Below are positions 41,591 through 57,160 of a stretch of DNA of 64,000 bases, in pieces. Both the position numbers and the translations under genes were made by a program. This DNA comes from Octopus vulgaris (lineage: Eukaryota). Position 1 is the first letter of the stretch; the number at the start of each line of letters is the position of its first letter. Under the pieces are notes generated by a model. The model was given only the letters and a program-made list of their open reading frames with translations. It did not search any database and was not told where the DNA came from. The stretch is taken from NCBI GenBank assembly GCA_951406725.2, contig OX597832.1, forward strand, positions 9,114,001 to 9,178,000, in the 5' to 3' direction.

Positions 41591-42182
41591 CGAATACCAT
41601 GCAAGCATGAATACTGCATAACGAAATATAGATCTGAAAATGTGTTTGCAGAAAATTGAAACGAAATGGGAGGGATGAATTTCCACCATTTCAGCATATT
41701 GTGGCAGAATTTCGAGGTCAGTTTTCTTAGAAAATGAAAAGAAAAAAAAAAACTGGGTATCTTTAAAAAAGGGAACACAACAATAAGCACTTGCATTTTT
41801 ATATTTTTTGACCTGTGACTCCAGGGATAACTAATCTGAATGAAAATAGAGATATAGATGCAATTTATTTAAGTTCCTACCAAGCATGCAGTTAAAATAC
41901 AAACATGGGATTCGGGTATTTATACAGCTCGAAAGTGTTGCATAAGGAAAGTTGCAATTAATCAGATGTAAGAATATTCTACAATTCAAATGAACGGTTA
42001 AAAACGGAAAAACACTCATAAAAGTTATGTAACCATGAAGTGATTTTTAGAAGAAGCAGATTACAAGTTCAAATAGAATAGTTTTATTTCATTTCTTTTA
42101 TTTTTGCTTCTGTAATATCATTTTAATTTTATTTTGTTTTTGTTTGCAAGCTTCCAAGCAAAACGAATATAAATCGATTTCT

Positions 42183-42197
42183 TATATATATTGTATG

Positions 42198-42248
<51 letters not shown>

Positions 42249-42262
42249 ATATATTTACACAC

Positions 42263-42293
<31 letters not shown>

Positions 42294-42296
42294 TTT

Positions 42297-42327
<31 letters not shown>

Positions 42328-42328
42328 C

Positions 42329-42390
<62 letters not shown>

Positions 42391-42477
42391 GCATATATAT
42401 ATATACATATACATATACATATATATACAAATATATATATATATACATATATATATACATATATAAATATATATATA

Positions 42478-42531
<54 letters not shown>

Positions 42532-42875
42532 TGTACTAATATGTGTGTGTGCACAAATATATAAATATATGTATACACAGACACACACATATATGTGTGT
42601 ATATGTGTATGTATGGATATATTTATGAGTGAGTCTATGTGCTTATACATAAATACATTTATACATACATGCACACACACGCACACGTATATTATTGTAT
42701 CTGGATATGTATATTTATTTATACATGTATACATTTACATATATATATATATATATGTGTGTGTGCATGCGTGTGTATGTATATACATACAATACACAGG
42801 TACGTGCATATGTATATAGATGTGTGTATCAATGTGCATGTGTGCACATACATATGCACATATTTATGTGTATGA
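42183..42875. repeat. Long degenerate (TA)/(CA)/(TG) low-complexity tract
   Basis: Directly visible; similar tracts at 50290-50940, 55330-55650, 56290-57160 and 62400-63000. Confidence 0.9.
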
Positions 42876-44402
42876 GTGGGTGTTTCTTTGTACATGTGTA
42901 TTCCTTTCTCTCATATTACTCATATCCACATGAGTTGAGTAAATGAATGACGATTTCAAATAAGCGGAAATCAAACGATCGGAATTCATAGCTTTATAGC
43001 TATGGGCGCACAATAGAGTTATTTAGTATGTATATGTGTGAAACGCATTCATACGCACACACATACGTACAGTTATACATGTGTGTATAGATGTGATCAT
43101 CTATCTTTGTATGCAAACGAGTTCGCATGCGTTACTGTGTGTGCATGTGTGTTTCTATGTGTATATTAGACTTGCATGGGTCAACATGCTTTGAAGTCGA
43201 AGATGGTTGTATTCGAAATAAGGAGAAATCCATCTCAGTCTAATAAATACTAAATGAAGTGGAATACAATCCGTTTCGGAATACAAAGTCTGAATTGATT
43301 ATTAGACCATTTGTAAATGTCTTCCTCCTTACGTTATCTATAATTCTTTGAATCAGTGAACAGAATGCATTGACACCACAGTTTAATGTTTCAATTTAAG
43401 AGTTGAAATAGATAACTTATTTTACTTATTATTATCGTTATATTGCTTTCCACTGACTGATTTCTAGCTCTATGTCAGCATGGATTTACATCTGATCGCA
43501 GTGTATTCGCAGAAATCTAATATTTCGGAAATGTACAATAAAAGGCGTTTTTGTAGTTAGTTTGTTTTCTTTTAAAGATTATGTTCATAGCTGCTGGCGC
43601 TGTTTAACTGCAGGCAATCTCTGATCGAGTAAAACCTATGATAAAAAGCTTCCCAGATATGATCGTCAGGTTCCATAGGTTGTATATGGAAATAGAAAAC
43701 CTAATCTTACATTTTTCTTTTTATTTCTGTAAAATAATAATGTATGTTGTGTTGTAATTTTACAAGAGTTTTAATGGCTATTTATAGCAGATAGAGGAAC
43801 TTTATAAAAGTTACCGTTCTGTGGCTAGAAACAAATAAAATAAAGATGGTATTATCTGTAAGTCACAAACATTTGTTACAGATGATTTCAAACGTGTTAT
43901 GTTTCATTCCGTGCTGAAATGAGTAAGTAAATAATGTTTTCGAAAAGTAATTTATATGGCCACCAGCGTTTGGAATATGTATAGTTAATGATACCTAATA
44001 CAGTATTTGACTAGTTTTCTGTATGGAAGACTTTATAATAAATGAATAAATGTAAGAGTGGAATCAAATATTATCCGATATCACCACTATGTGTACGTAA
44101 AGCTATCATTCGATAAATTTGTCGAACTTTATTATCAATACTTAAAACTTTCATATTTCATCGCCAACAAATAGTGAATACGTTCCCCTTCTTAATTGCT
44201 ATTAATGTTTAAATTCAACTCAACTGAAAATGAATACCAGCTGGAGCAGATTAAAATGAAACGGGATGATGTATCTAGTAGGAACCTGACAGTTTTGTAG
44301 TACCAGTAGTAGTAGTAGTAGTAGTAGTAGTACTAGTAGTAGTAGAAGCAGCAGCAGCAGTAGTATTAGAAGTAGTAGTAGTGGTGGTAGCAGTAGTAGT
44401 AT

Positions 44403-44457
<55 letters not shown>

Positions 44458-45029
44458 TGCAGCAGCAACAGCTCAGCAGTAGCAGTAGTTGTCGCAGGAG
44501 TAGTAGCAGCAGCAGTAGCAGTTGTATTAGTGACAGGCCTATGATGCAATTCTGCCATAGAAGGGAACCAAGATATCCGGGAGTACTCCTGCATACAGCA
44601 GTCACACACACACACACAGACGCACGCGCGCACATGCATACACAAACACATACACACACATGCTCGCCTGTGGGATTCTTATCTTGAAGGATGTGCATCA
44701 ATTTTCGTAATCTCCTTATAATCATGTCGACAATCCTCATAATGAATATGAGTTTAGTAATCTTTCAAAGAACGACTCCGTCTTCACTGGCCCCTTTGCA
44801 CCATCCGACACACCCCTTTCATTAAACGAATATGCTACCACGGTGATATAATCTAGTGCAACTTATTCACAACCAAACACTCAATCGTAGAATGTGAGAA
44901 AGTTACTTCTGTCGCCTCATGTCAAGAAGGTTGTTAGACAGGAAAATATATCAACCCTAAAATAATGACCACAAGAGGTAGCACCGATATACATTAGCCA
45001 TTTTTGGTATTCACGCATTCTCCCCCTCT

Positions 45030-45600
45030 CTCTGTGTCTATCTGCCTTTCTTCTCACTAGTAGCATACACTTCCAGATTCTGAAGACTGACGGTGAAATC
45101 TATTAACACAACTTTCTTCAACTTATTGAATCTTCCAATCTTTCTGGTATTATCTCATTTTTAAAAAAAAATCCACATATACTGGGAATTTACGCTTCGA
45201 TGTCAATCGCAGTTTTAGTGACAGCAAACTATTGTTTACTTTCTTCGATATAAGCAAGGGTTTCGGTTAGTGCTGGCACACGAAAGACCCAGGATGTCTG
45301 TCAAATTATGGGCTCATTCTACTACTCTCTATCTATCAAAAAGATAGCATTCTATCAGGTTGTGCTTCTGTCTTTTAATGAGATCTTTCTCAACTACAAA
45401 CATTTCAGGTTTGTCCTTGGATCTGTTTCTGAATGACATATTCCTCTATGACTGACCACACAATTTTTGGTTACCTACATACAAGCAAATATCTCTGTAG
45501 GAGATGCTACGTTCACCCTTTCACCACTTTATGAACGTGAGATATCGGGGGATAGTGTTCAGTGACTATATGAATAAAGACCTCCAATCCATCATTTGTA
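45030..45600 (+). mobile_element. Degenerate LINE RT fragment (CR1/Jockey group)
   Basis: LIESSNL, FDISKGFG*CWH (resembles LDISKAFDRVWH) and NKDLQSI occur in the expected order. Confidence 0.5.
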
Positions 45601-45829
45601 GTGGTGTATCTATATAATATTTTAACGGAAAAACAATACATCACAACATATTTGAAAAAACATATTTTCATACCTCATAGTCTACTAAATACGAAAAAAA
45701 TACGAAGCACCTATCAAGTCAATATCACCACGCCCCACAAAAGCGCGTCAATTGAAGTTCAATGTGAACACTACGCTGATTTGTTTCATCGATGCAAAAG
45801 AAATTGTCCACGCTGAATTTGTTACCCTT

Positions 45830-46328
45830 GGTTATGGTTAAGCTGTTAAGAAATTATTTTACTTGTCATTTCTAAAGCATTTGTGAGACACAGTGAAACT
45901 AACATGCCCCGGCCTGTGGCAAAATGGAGAGCTGTGGTTTCATGACAACAATGCACCTGCGCACTCCGCCTTGAGTGTGATACAGTTTTTGACAAGAAAC
46001 GACATGACTCCCCTTACCCCCCCTCCTTCCTATTGACTCGATGATGCTCCCTGCGAATTTTTTTTTTTATTCCCCCGAATGCAAAAAGGCCTTAAAGAAA
46101 AACGTCTTGCAGATGTGTAAGAGTTGAAGCAAAAATCTACTGAGGCATTAAAACGCATCACTTCTCAAGAGTTACTGAACTGCTTCGAACAGTGAGAAAA
46201 CGCGTCTGGATCGATGCATTTCTTCAAATAGAGAATAAGTTGAACGCAATGAAAGTATAAACATGTAAAACTAAGTGAATAAAATAAAATTGCAAAATTC
46301 TTATTTCTTTCCGATACGCCCTAGTATA
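45830..46328 (+). mobile_element. Mariner transposase 3' half
   Basis: WFHDNNAPAHSALSVIQFLTRNDMTPL..P...PCEFF.FPRMQKGLKEKR.ADV*ELKQ...CFEQ; ends with TIR-like ...cgccctagta. Confidence 0.8.
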
Positions 46329-47906
46329 TCTGAATCTGATGAATGCACAATGCTTGTCTAAGTTTTCCTGATCACGAAGAAGATCAATGACTGTTCTTAA
46401 TTAACGGAGTTTAAGAATTCTTCCAACAAAATCAATGTCTTCCCTGTTTTAATCAGACCAGGAAGGAGAGACACCATGCCAGAATAGATTCGAATAATCA
46501 TAAGAGGGTACAACTCAAGGAAATATATGTGAATATTCCAGGATAATTATCAGGAATATAAGAGATAGGTTTTCACCCTATAGATAGCTGCTGTTTGCAA
46601 GTAGCGGATACTAAGCCTTACAATAGTAAGTTCAATAAAATATAAGATCCGTGTAATTACAGATTTTGGCATTTTTCATTCATACCCAATTATCATTGTA
46701 CCGCTGCCCAGCTGTGTATGCACATCTTTTCTTGTATGATGTTTGGAAAAATTGTTGTCTGTCTCATGAAGTCAAGTCACTGGATATCAGTCAGATAGCT
46801 CTGTGTTGCTTAGCATTCTAGGCCTCAAGGATTCCTAATTAATTCAGTGTAAATCATAAATTGGGTTGGATCAAGTAGCAGGGATAATGCTTTTTCAGAA
46901 ATAACTTTTTACATGAGTGCATGATTTCCGACAGAAAGGAATCAGTGCGACTTTCTCAGACTGGTGGAAGTTTGCGAAGCGATAAACTCTTTAAATGATT
47001 CATAATCAATTAGAGTAGACCTTATTATTAATGAAGAGGTGAAATTGTTTGATAGACACACGATGCGATTTTGTGGGTGCTAGAAATAAGAAAAAAAATC
47101 CCATTTACATTAGTATCTTAAGCATTCACGGAGGACTCGAATTTTAAAGACATCCATTTATGGTCCGATGAGGACTAGTAAACTTGTACGAATGAAATCT
47201 ACATTACATATGTTTGTATTATTTATTAGTCCAGCGGAAACTAAATATCGTAAAATGTATACATTTTCGACATATAACTGTATAAACAGCGGGATTAAGA
47301 TCAATAAACACAAATTAGTACTTCTAGTTAAAACCCTATACTGGCAGATGAACGTATTCACTCCATGTATACTTTTATATAGTGTTTGATAATTAACATA
47401 TGGTGGTGCCGGGTTTAAAACGAAGAAAATTATAACAATATAATATATTTAAAAACGTTATAAAGTTTGGTTTGGAACAATAAACAGAAATTACATTGTT
47501 TGCTTTCTTGCCTGTTTCTCTTTCTGCAGTTCCTTATTTCAATTCTTATCCTAGTTGAATATTGCTTCTTCCATTTTAAATTGTCTCAGTAGGTTTCAGT
47601 CATATCTCCATGCGTTCTACTGTTGAAAACACTTGGAATGCGGAGATTAGAAAACGCTAAAATCAATGACATAGCAACAAGCCTGATTTTTTTATGTCAG
47701 GTGCGTCATGAAAGTCGAGGGATTCAAAAAAATTCATTCAGTCTTTATGGCTATAAATAACAGGCACTCTTTTATAAATCGGAGTGTAGTCTTCGATTAA
47801 AATCAGCGGCCCATGTTTCCTCAGAATTGTCAGTCTATTTAGGTGGAATAGCCAATTAACGACGGTCGTATAGGTGATTAGCATAATCTGATTCAACTAA
47901 CTTTAT

Positions 47907-48493
47907 GATTTCTTTATTGCCACAAGGGGCTACACAGAGAGGGGTCAAACAAGGACAGACAAACGGATTAAGTCGATTATATCGAACACAGTGCGTAACT
48001 GGTACTTAATTTATCGACCCCGAAAGGATGAAAGGCAAAGTCAACCTCGGCGGAATTTGAACTCAAAACGTAGCGGCTGGAGAAATACATATTTCTTTAC
48101 TACCCACAAGGGGCTAAACGCAGAGAGGACAAACAACGACAGACAAACGGAATTAAGTCGATTATATCGACCATAGTGCGTAACTGGTACTTATTTAATC
48201 AACCCAGAAAGGATGAAAAGCAAAGTCGACCTCGGCGGAATTTGAACTCAGAACGTAGCGTCTGACGAAATACCTATTTCTTTATTACCCACAAGGGGCT
48301 AAACATAGAGGGGACAAACAAGGACAGACATAGGTATTAAGTCGATTACATCGACACCAGTGCGTAACTGGTGCTTAATTTATCGACCCCAAAAGGATAA
48401 AAGGCAAAGTCGACCTCGGCGGAATTTGAACTCACAACGTAACCGCTAAGCATTTCGCCTGGCGCACTAACGTCTCTGCCAGCTGTCCGCCTT
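47907..48493 (-). mobile_element. Trimeric head-to-tail array of family A SINE
   Basis: Three ~185-bp units (47907-48088, 48089-48273, 48274-48441) and a single tRNA 5' half (48442-48493). Confidence 0.92.
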
Positions 48494-49659
48494 ATTCAAC
48501 TAACTTTAGTTAGAATTGGTCATGTCCTATATAAGTCAGAGAGTTTGGGTAGATATGACCCAAGCCTACTGAAGCGGATTAAAAGGGAAGAAGCAATATT
48601 CAACTAGGGTAAGAATTGAACTAGGGAGCTAAAGAAAGAGAAACAGGTAAAAAGCAAACAACGAAATTCTCTGTTTATTGTTCCAAATCAACCTTTATAA
48701 TGTTTTTAAATAATAATTGTATAATATATTTTGGAATTCAGACACCTTCCAATAAATATCTGACAAGTAATTTTAAGTATATTTATTCCAAATTTCACAA
48801 AACGGTTAAGAAAAGATTAAGAAACAATATATATATTTTTTTGTTTCTCGATGTGTGTACTTCTTCAAAACAATTTCAACAATTTCTTTCTTAAACAAAT
48901 ATAATTGATAAATGTATAAACAAATATATAAATAAATAAATACCATGGACAAATTAGAAAACGATATTTAACTGAAAGAAATATAGCAAGAAAATTAAAT
49001 AATAAGAAATAATTACAAAATACAATGAAATCGAGCTGAAATCAACTCAGTGACAAAGTTACATATGATGGACGATGCTGTAGGGAAAATAAGTTTCACC
49101 TTTCAATGAATTTAATATATATTAATAGTTAGAAAGAAAACAACGTAGCTTGCTTTTCTAATAAAGAAATTTGATATCATAAATCATGAAAATTACATTC
49201 ATCCACCTCCTTCCATTGTCCTGCTGCTACTTTCCACGTCGACTCCTTCATCGCCATATAATGTGCCAAATTCTAATTATCATTAAGAACAATAAAGAAA
49301 TTTAAAAAAAAAACTATGAAGGATTGTTGTAACAATGATGGAGACAATGTTTATGCTGATGTTGATGACGATGAAGATGATGATAATATTCAGGCGTGGG
49401 CAAGACAGCGTGTGTGCGTCTTTGGGAGGAATAATAATAGCACGAGCCTCGTGAGTTTGCAGTGTAAAAACGTAATGTAGCTCAGTAATCTGTCCTCCAT
49501 CAGCTACCACCATCATGCTAATATCATCATCATCATCATCACCACCACCACCACCACCACCACCACCACCACCACTAGCAACAACAACAACAACAACAAA
49601 TTTTAAAGCGTCATAATCATTAAAATAATATGAAAATTTGAAATAAATTTTTCAGTTTT

Positions 49660-49850
49660 ATTTTGGCACAGGACCAATAGTTTTCGAGTTGGAAAGAAGT
49701 CGATTACATCCAATCCGTTGCTTGAATGCGACTCATTTTATCGACCACGAAAGGATGAAAGGCAAAGTTGCTCTGAGAAATTAAACACCAACACAAAAGG
49801 CGCTAAGAATTTGATCCGGCCAGGCAATGGTCTTGCAGGATCGTCGCCTC
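49660..49850 (-). mobile_element. Older family A SINE
   Basis: tatcgaccacgaaaggatgaaaggcaaagt body plus a degenerate head. Confidence 0.7.
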
Positions 49851-50515
49851 AAGATTTGACATAATGAACACAAGCATATGTCTGTCTGTGTTTAAGTGAT
49901 CATGTTATATATGTATATACATACATACACACAGGCATACAAAAACACGCCCACATACATACATACATATAGGTATATGGATATATATTTCTCTATGTGC
50001 ACACTCCCATACACATATATAAACATCCACCAAGCAGATAAGTGTAAATGTGTGTGTGTACATGGATTTGTGTGCGCGTGTATTTAGATATATTCGTGGT
50101 TGGATGGACATATGTATGTATGCTGCATTCCGTACACATCTACGAAGTAACCGTAAACAGACATGTGTACGGAACTGTTGTGTCTGAAATGTAAGGTAGA
50201 ATTTGAACATTAGAATTACGTTGAAATATCATTTCCTATTGAAACCCTTTACTTAGTTGCTTATCTAAGCGAAACATATATATAATCCGTGTATATACAT
50301 GCTTACGCACATAAATACATACCTATAGGTATGTCATGCATACAAAATATATATATATATATGTGCATATATGGATATATATATATATATATGTATATAC
50401 ATACATATATATTTATGTGTGTGCGTATATATATATGCATATATATATGCATATATATATATATATATATACACATATACTTATGCATATGTGTATACAG
50501 ATATATACACGTATA

Positions 50516-50559
<44 letters not shown>

Positions 50560-50573
50560 TATATGTATTTATA

Positions 50574-50628
<55 letters not shown>

Positions 50629-50906
50629 ATGTATATACACATATATATGCACACACGATGACACTATATATATATGCATATATATATTATTTTGTCCAAG
50701 AAGACATACACTGTCTGTTTCTTGATCGCTATACACACACGCAAACACACACACATATATATAGGTATAAATATTGCCATGCCCGTGTGTGTATGTGTGT
50801 GTGTGTGTGCGTGTGTGTGTGCTTGCGTGTGGGCATGTTGCATGGATATAGTTGTGCGTCAGAGAGAGGGAGATAGTGTTTGCGTGTATGCATGTATATA
50901 TATTTA

Positions 50907-50945
<39 letters not shown>

Positions 50946-53149
50946 AATTCTGTCAGCTTGTCTGTTTATGTGTGAGTATATGTTTGCTTTTGATTAAATC
51001 GAATACTCAAAGAAAATAATAAAAAAAATATAAACAACAATAGAAACGTGTGTATGTGAAATTGATTTTTCGAATGTTATTGCATCTAAAATTGAAACGT
51101 AACGAATGGTTTGTTTACATGTTTATAAACAAGTAGAAAGAAACAAAAAAGAAATAAAATGAAGAATTTTACCAACGCATCATTTTTTCTGTCCTTTTTG
51201 CCACATGATTTAACATACTTTCAGTATAAACAGAAGCAAAGTCTGCCAATTCATGCATAAATTCTTCTTTAGAAACCGAGTTTGAAGAATTTTCACGTAC
51301 TAGTAATCATTACATCGAGGCTTTTATTTGTATAAATTCTTTGCCTATTGTATATTTCTGATGACACACTATATTCTTATACTGTTTTTGTTTTTCTTGT
51401 TTATTTGTTGCCATTTCAAAATTCTCTGAAAGAAGAGCGCTCAGATTAATGTTTTATTTTAATTTCTTTTTCGATTTGATTTTTCTACAACTTTCAATAT
51501 TTCACTAAATAATAACCTGATGTTATTTCTGTTGTTGTTTGTATGTTGCTTTAGTTGATGTCGTTGTTGATCAGTACTACGTTAGACGTGATGGACGAGA
51601 CATCTAGCCATAGCTATTGAATACGAGACAATTTTATCGTTTTTTTTTCTTGTTTGTTTGCTTTAAATCTGCATATATGTATCATCTATATTGTCCTTCG
51701 TTTGTGATGGGAAGCTGTACATTTGACAGATATTTGTGTACACGTTCTTGGGAATTGTGCAATAGTGTGCAGAATTCTTCTATGGGAAATTATAATACGA
51801 CGTTGCAGAATGTTCTTGAAATGACAGATTATTATTAAGTCGCTAACTTTGATATATTATCTTTTCTTGATAGGTTTAATACCAGTATTAAAATTGTAAG
51901 TATCTCATTAACAAGTATGGTAATGTGGCTATTGCAAGCATTGATGTTTTTCTTTGAATACATTCCAAAGCCGAATACTCTTATACATATAAAAATAATG
52001 ACAACACTACTGTTATGGTTTTTTTGTCTTTATTTTGTTTCCAAATTTTCAGCATATACTGTAAACGTTTTTGATATGAGTCCAGCTTCTCGACTAGGGT
52101 AATTTACAATTTTATCAAATGATAGGATTGGTTAGTGAGTAATTAATGAAAGCAACAAAGCAAATTGCCAACGAGATATAAGATCTATCAATGGGTAGAC
52201 TGACCTCTAAAATATTTTGTTGCCCGAGACACTTTCCGTTTCTTGTTTCCCAATTTCCAATAATTGAACATATCTCGAACTTTAATGGAAATTATGAATT
52301 AGTAACATCACTCGCCAAACTACAACTACTTACACTAAATCAATAACCACATTAATGAAGAAAAAAAATTAGTACCAACTCCATCATCACCGTCACTACT
52401 ATCACCATCATCAACTATAGGAAGATCATCAAGAAAACAACATAATCGATGAAGTTCGTAATGCAAACAAGAATAAAAACAATAACATTTCTAATTTATG
52501 ATTTCCAATGTCTTTAAATTTATGATGGAATAGCAAAATGTTTTGATTGTGTTTAAAAGCCTTATTAGCAAACTCGATATAGTGAACAAATAAAACTTCA
52601 TATACAAATATATATTGACATGGGAAATTTTACAGCGTACTACAGAAGATACACTTTGACACTGATTAGTAAGAAAATATTCCAAAATGTATAAAAGGTA
52701 AAACGCTTCTGTTATTTCCTTTGGTATTTCTTAAATTTTGAGGAAATGAGAAATAAGGTAAGGATAAATGATTAGTAGGAAAAATTATTATTTACTGATA
52801 TCGAAACAAGTACACTTATTACAAACACGCACACACGTAGACACATATTCACACATAAATGCACACATCTACGTACATACACGCACATACGTACACAGTC
52901 ATACACAAATGCACACACGCTTGACACAATAGCAAGTAAAGGAACTTATATACGCGCATGCACACGTAGCACGCACTCATACAGTCGTCTCAAATTTCGA
53001 AAGTCAGAAAAGACAAGCAATTCTACATTTCTCAGTAGAAGTAGGTATCTGAATGTTTGTTGTATAGTGAAACTGTGTGTCTCTTCCGGTAGAAAGTGTT
53101 TATAGCTTGCCATTATAAGTAGACCAGTAACCGGTCGACAGGGGAAGAG

Positions 53150-53830
53150 TCAGAAGTAGGAGTAGACTGTTTTGAGAGCCGTGTCTGTGCTAATATAGTA
53201 CTTATACTGTGATACTGATTTCACCTTATAACGATCCAGCCTTTTGAGGATAATAACACTGTAGGACTGGGGGTCGTACAGCGCCAGATAGAACCATTCT
53301 ATTGACGACTTCAGTATAAAAAAGCAAAGTGTTTTCGCTGCAGGTTTACAGGACATATAAGATCACACTGGAAAAATAGAATGGTAAGGAAATGGAATAA
53401 ACAAGAAAAAAAATAGTTTGTCAACAAGATAAGTTGTGACTACAACTAACATAATATTCGGGAATGTGAGAATTGAAAACACGAGTGTAAGGATGCTACT
53501 AGACACAGGATGTGATATTACAATCATAATCGAGAAATCAAGGGAACAAATGCTACTAGACACAGGATGTGATATTACAATCATAATCGAGAAATCAAGG
53601 GAACAGATGGGTAAAGCAAAATCATATATTTCAAACAAAATAGTGTGCGGTGTCATAGGAAGAAAATTATACTTCACTGGCGAACGTGTTTGTAATATAA
53701 TGCACATAGGTCGAACCGGAAAAGTGATTGCTTGAGTGTTGAAAAAAATCCAGGAACATATGGAGAAATTAAATTTGAGGGATACATCCATAAACACTTT
53801 CTGCAATAGCGTAAACAGACCAGTCAAACA
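53150..53830 (+). mobile_element. Gypsy-type LTR retrotransposon gag-protease relic
   Basis: AKCFRCRFTGHIRSHW (CCHC knuckle, last C mutated) at ~53323-53372, followed by the aspartic protease motif MLLDTGCDITII. Confidence 0.75.
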
Positions 53831-54404
53831 GTTCAAGCGCCCGTAATTCCTGTTGAAATTGATCTTACAATGAACATTAACAAGGCCCAGGAAAATTTCT
53901 TCGACGTGGTAGGTCTGACACTTGCGGAACCAGTTTTCTCCCATGGCCAAATTAATGTGGGAAGCTCAAGATTTGGCAATCCTAATCCTTTGTTTATTTA
54001 TGCCCCATAAGGAAATATCAAAAATGCTGTTTATCAAGAGTCTCTGCAAATTTAATAAGATTCACCAAATCATCAGATATTGATAATCTACATGTTATTT
54101 TATTTTAAAATCTATATTCAAATTTATTTGTATATCTACTGTAAAACTAATTGTCATTCATTGTAATTCTCTTTCAACACTAGCGCCTTTGAGAGCAATA
54201 TTCACTGGGAACGCACACAAGCTCTTTTCAGAGATATTTATATCAAACCACGACACTGAATGACCTTCATCATCCCATTGCAGCCTAATTTACTGTAATA
54301 ACAAATCATCAATCATCTTCTGTCATTCGGATTCAAAATGGCTGATGACGAGCATCACGTTTGAAACAAGACTACCAACAAATTTGAATGAAACTGGTTT
54401 GTTC

Positions 54405-54528
<124 letters not shown>

Positions 54529-55344
54529 TATATATGTATATATTCATACATACATACATACATACATAGATATACATATACATATAAAGGGATAGGAAAT
54601 AGAAGGACCAATTAATGTTCTTTAATGCATGATCAACTAAAAAGTACTCTATTCAGTGATAGATATATCTAATTTAATGTACAAAATAGATATATAAATG
54701 ATACTAATAATTACTTGCATAAGAAACACTGCCCTAGAAAGAACTTTATAACACGCCTTGTGTCTCCGAGCAATTTTAGGCTTTCCGTAAGTAATTTGTT
54801 AAGTTTATATCACAGGACGATGGTACAAGTGAAATCACAAGGAGCTAGGCACAAAATGTAGAAGGGTGGATAACATTGGTATCATATTTTGCATGGAACT
54901 TCTCATTTATTCCAATCCTATGCACACATGCTAAAAGCTCGTTTGGAAACACAGCACGTATTAAAATATCCTGCCTAGACCCGCAAATCCTATGAAAGAA
55001 ACTTTTAGTAGCTCGTGTATTTATACTGTGTACACTCAGAGATGTGTGTGCGTGTGTGCGTATTTGGGTGTATGAAGTAGAGACTCAACTTCAGGTTTTT
55101 TTTTGTTTATTACATCACAAATTTTCGCAAACCGATTTCTGGTTTCATTCAGATGTTGGGTATACACTCTGTTATCTATTCAAATGTACGCAATATCAAA
55201 CGAAAATAAGAGAACAAAGAATGTTTAATACCTTTCTGGTTTGGACAAACATGGATTTACACGGAGTTCAAAGTAAAGGTTAACTGTAATGTTGTCTCAT
55301 TCGAAGTAGCAACTTTTCAGTATATACATACAAACGCAAAGATA

Positions 55345-55407
<63 letters not shown>

Positions 55408-55576
55408 TTGTGTGTGTGTGTCAGTGTTTGTGTGTGTACGTACGTATATGTATAAATGCATATATATATATTTATACATATTTATATAGAGATATATCTA
55501 TATATCAATATATGTATATATATATAAGTATAAATATGTAAATATATATACACATACACACACACTTACACACACA

Positions 55577-55651
<75 letters not shown>

Positions 55652-56293
55652 GCATTGAATTTGACACGTAGGTACATAAGTAGCAAGCATTAAATGTGAG
55701 TATCAACGATATTTTCTAATGTGGCAAATGATGTCTGAGCTATCTTCATATTTACACCTTAGAAATATATATTGAACAATTCCAAATTTTATCTGTAAAT
55801 ATTTCATGTAATGAATACCATTAATTACAGTGCTTTCTCTCTCCCACTCTCTCTACGTACGTATAAAAATATATATATATATATTACATACTGAGTAAAG
55901 ATACATGTTCCAATATAAATTCTATGAAGAAAAAATCTGAAGAATATTTTAATGGATTACTTAGGAAAAACAAATTCTAAGGCGACATAAGCAATAACTT
56001 ATACCTAATGATGTTATCCTCTTATGAGGGTTATATTTGGTTTCTTCGAATCATAGGTTAAATGTGTGACCATTAAGGCAATAACTATATTGGTATTTCA
56101 ATCATCTATTTCATGTGTTATGTTACTAACTTCTATGCTCGACGTATCCTGTTTGGTATGATGTCATTACTAAAAATGCATAATAGTTTTCGATTGTACA
56201 AAATACATACAACATCCATACAAAAAGCTACCTATTAAAATGTGATAGGAAGGTATATATATAGATGTATATGTATCTTTGTATGCAGGCATG

Positions 56294-56344
<51 letters not shown>

Positions 56345-56816
56345 ATCTATGGGTGCGTATATATATATACATATACACAAGCATATGTATATATATATAT
56401 ATCTCTGTACACTCACTCTCACACACACACACAGAGACAAACACACGCACTCACAAAAACACATAAGCAGAATCCAGTGTTTGTAGATTTCACTTGGAAT
56501 TCGATATTTCACAGTTCAATGAAATACTGCAAAAATATGTATAATTTACAGAAGATTATCGCAACACGAAGTCCTTATAGGTATTGTGGAATATCAAACG
56601 AAAATGGAGCAAGCCAGCCTTGGGAATAGAATATATAATTATTACCCTTATGATATACGTTATATAAATGCGAATGTTGCAGTGGGGAGGCGCGATGTAG
56701 TTCTTTGAATCGCTTATGTGATTTTATTTGTTCCAAATTCTAGATGTATGACTTTGACAAATCTGACTTTAAGGGATATTCAGAGGATAATGGAATCCTA
56801 GGGTAGAGAAAGACGA

Positions 56817-56857
<41 letters not shown>

Positions 56858-56881
56858 AAAACACACACACACACACACACT

Positions 56882-56965
<84 letters not shown>

Positions 56966-57093
56966 AAGATATTCCTATAAATATAATATATATATATAGA
57001 TAGATAGAGAGAGAGAGAGATATGTATAGATATACATGTATACATATACATACATATATCTATATGTACGTAGACGCAAACGTGAATGTATAA

Positions 57094-57160
<67 letters not shown>

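Noticed and set aside
47907-48493. Regular repeat array that could be mistaken for CRISPR
   Set aside because: Units are ~185-bp SINE bodies with no unique spacers and no cas genes; the context is eukaryotic.
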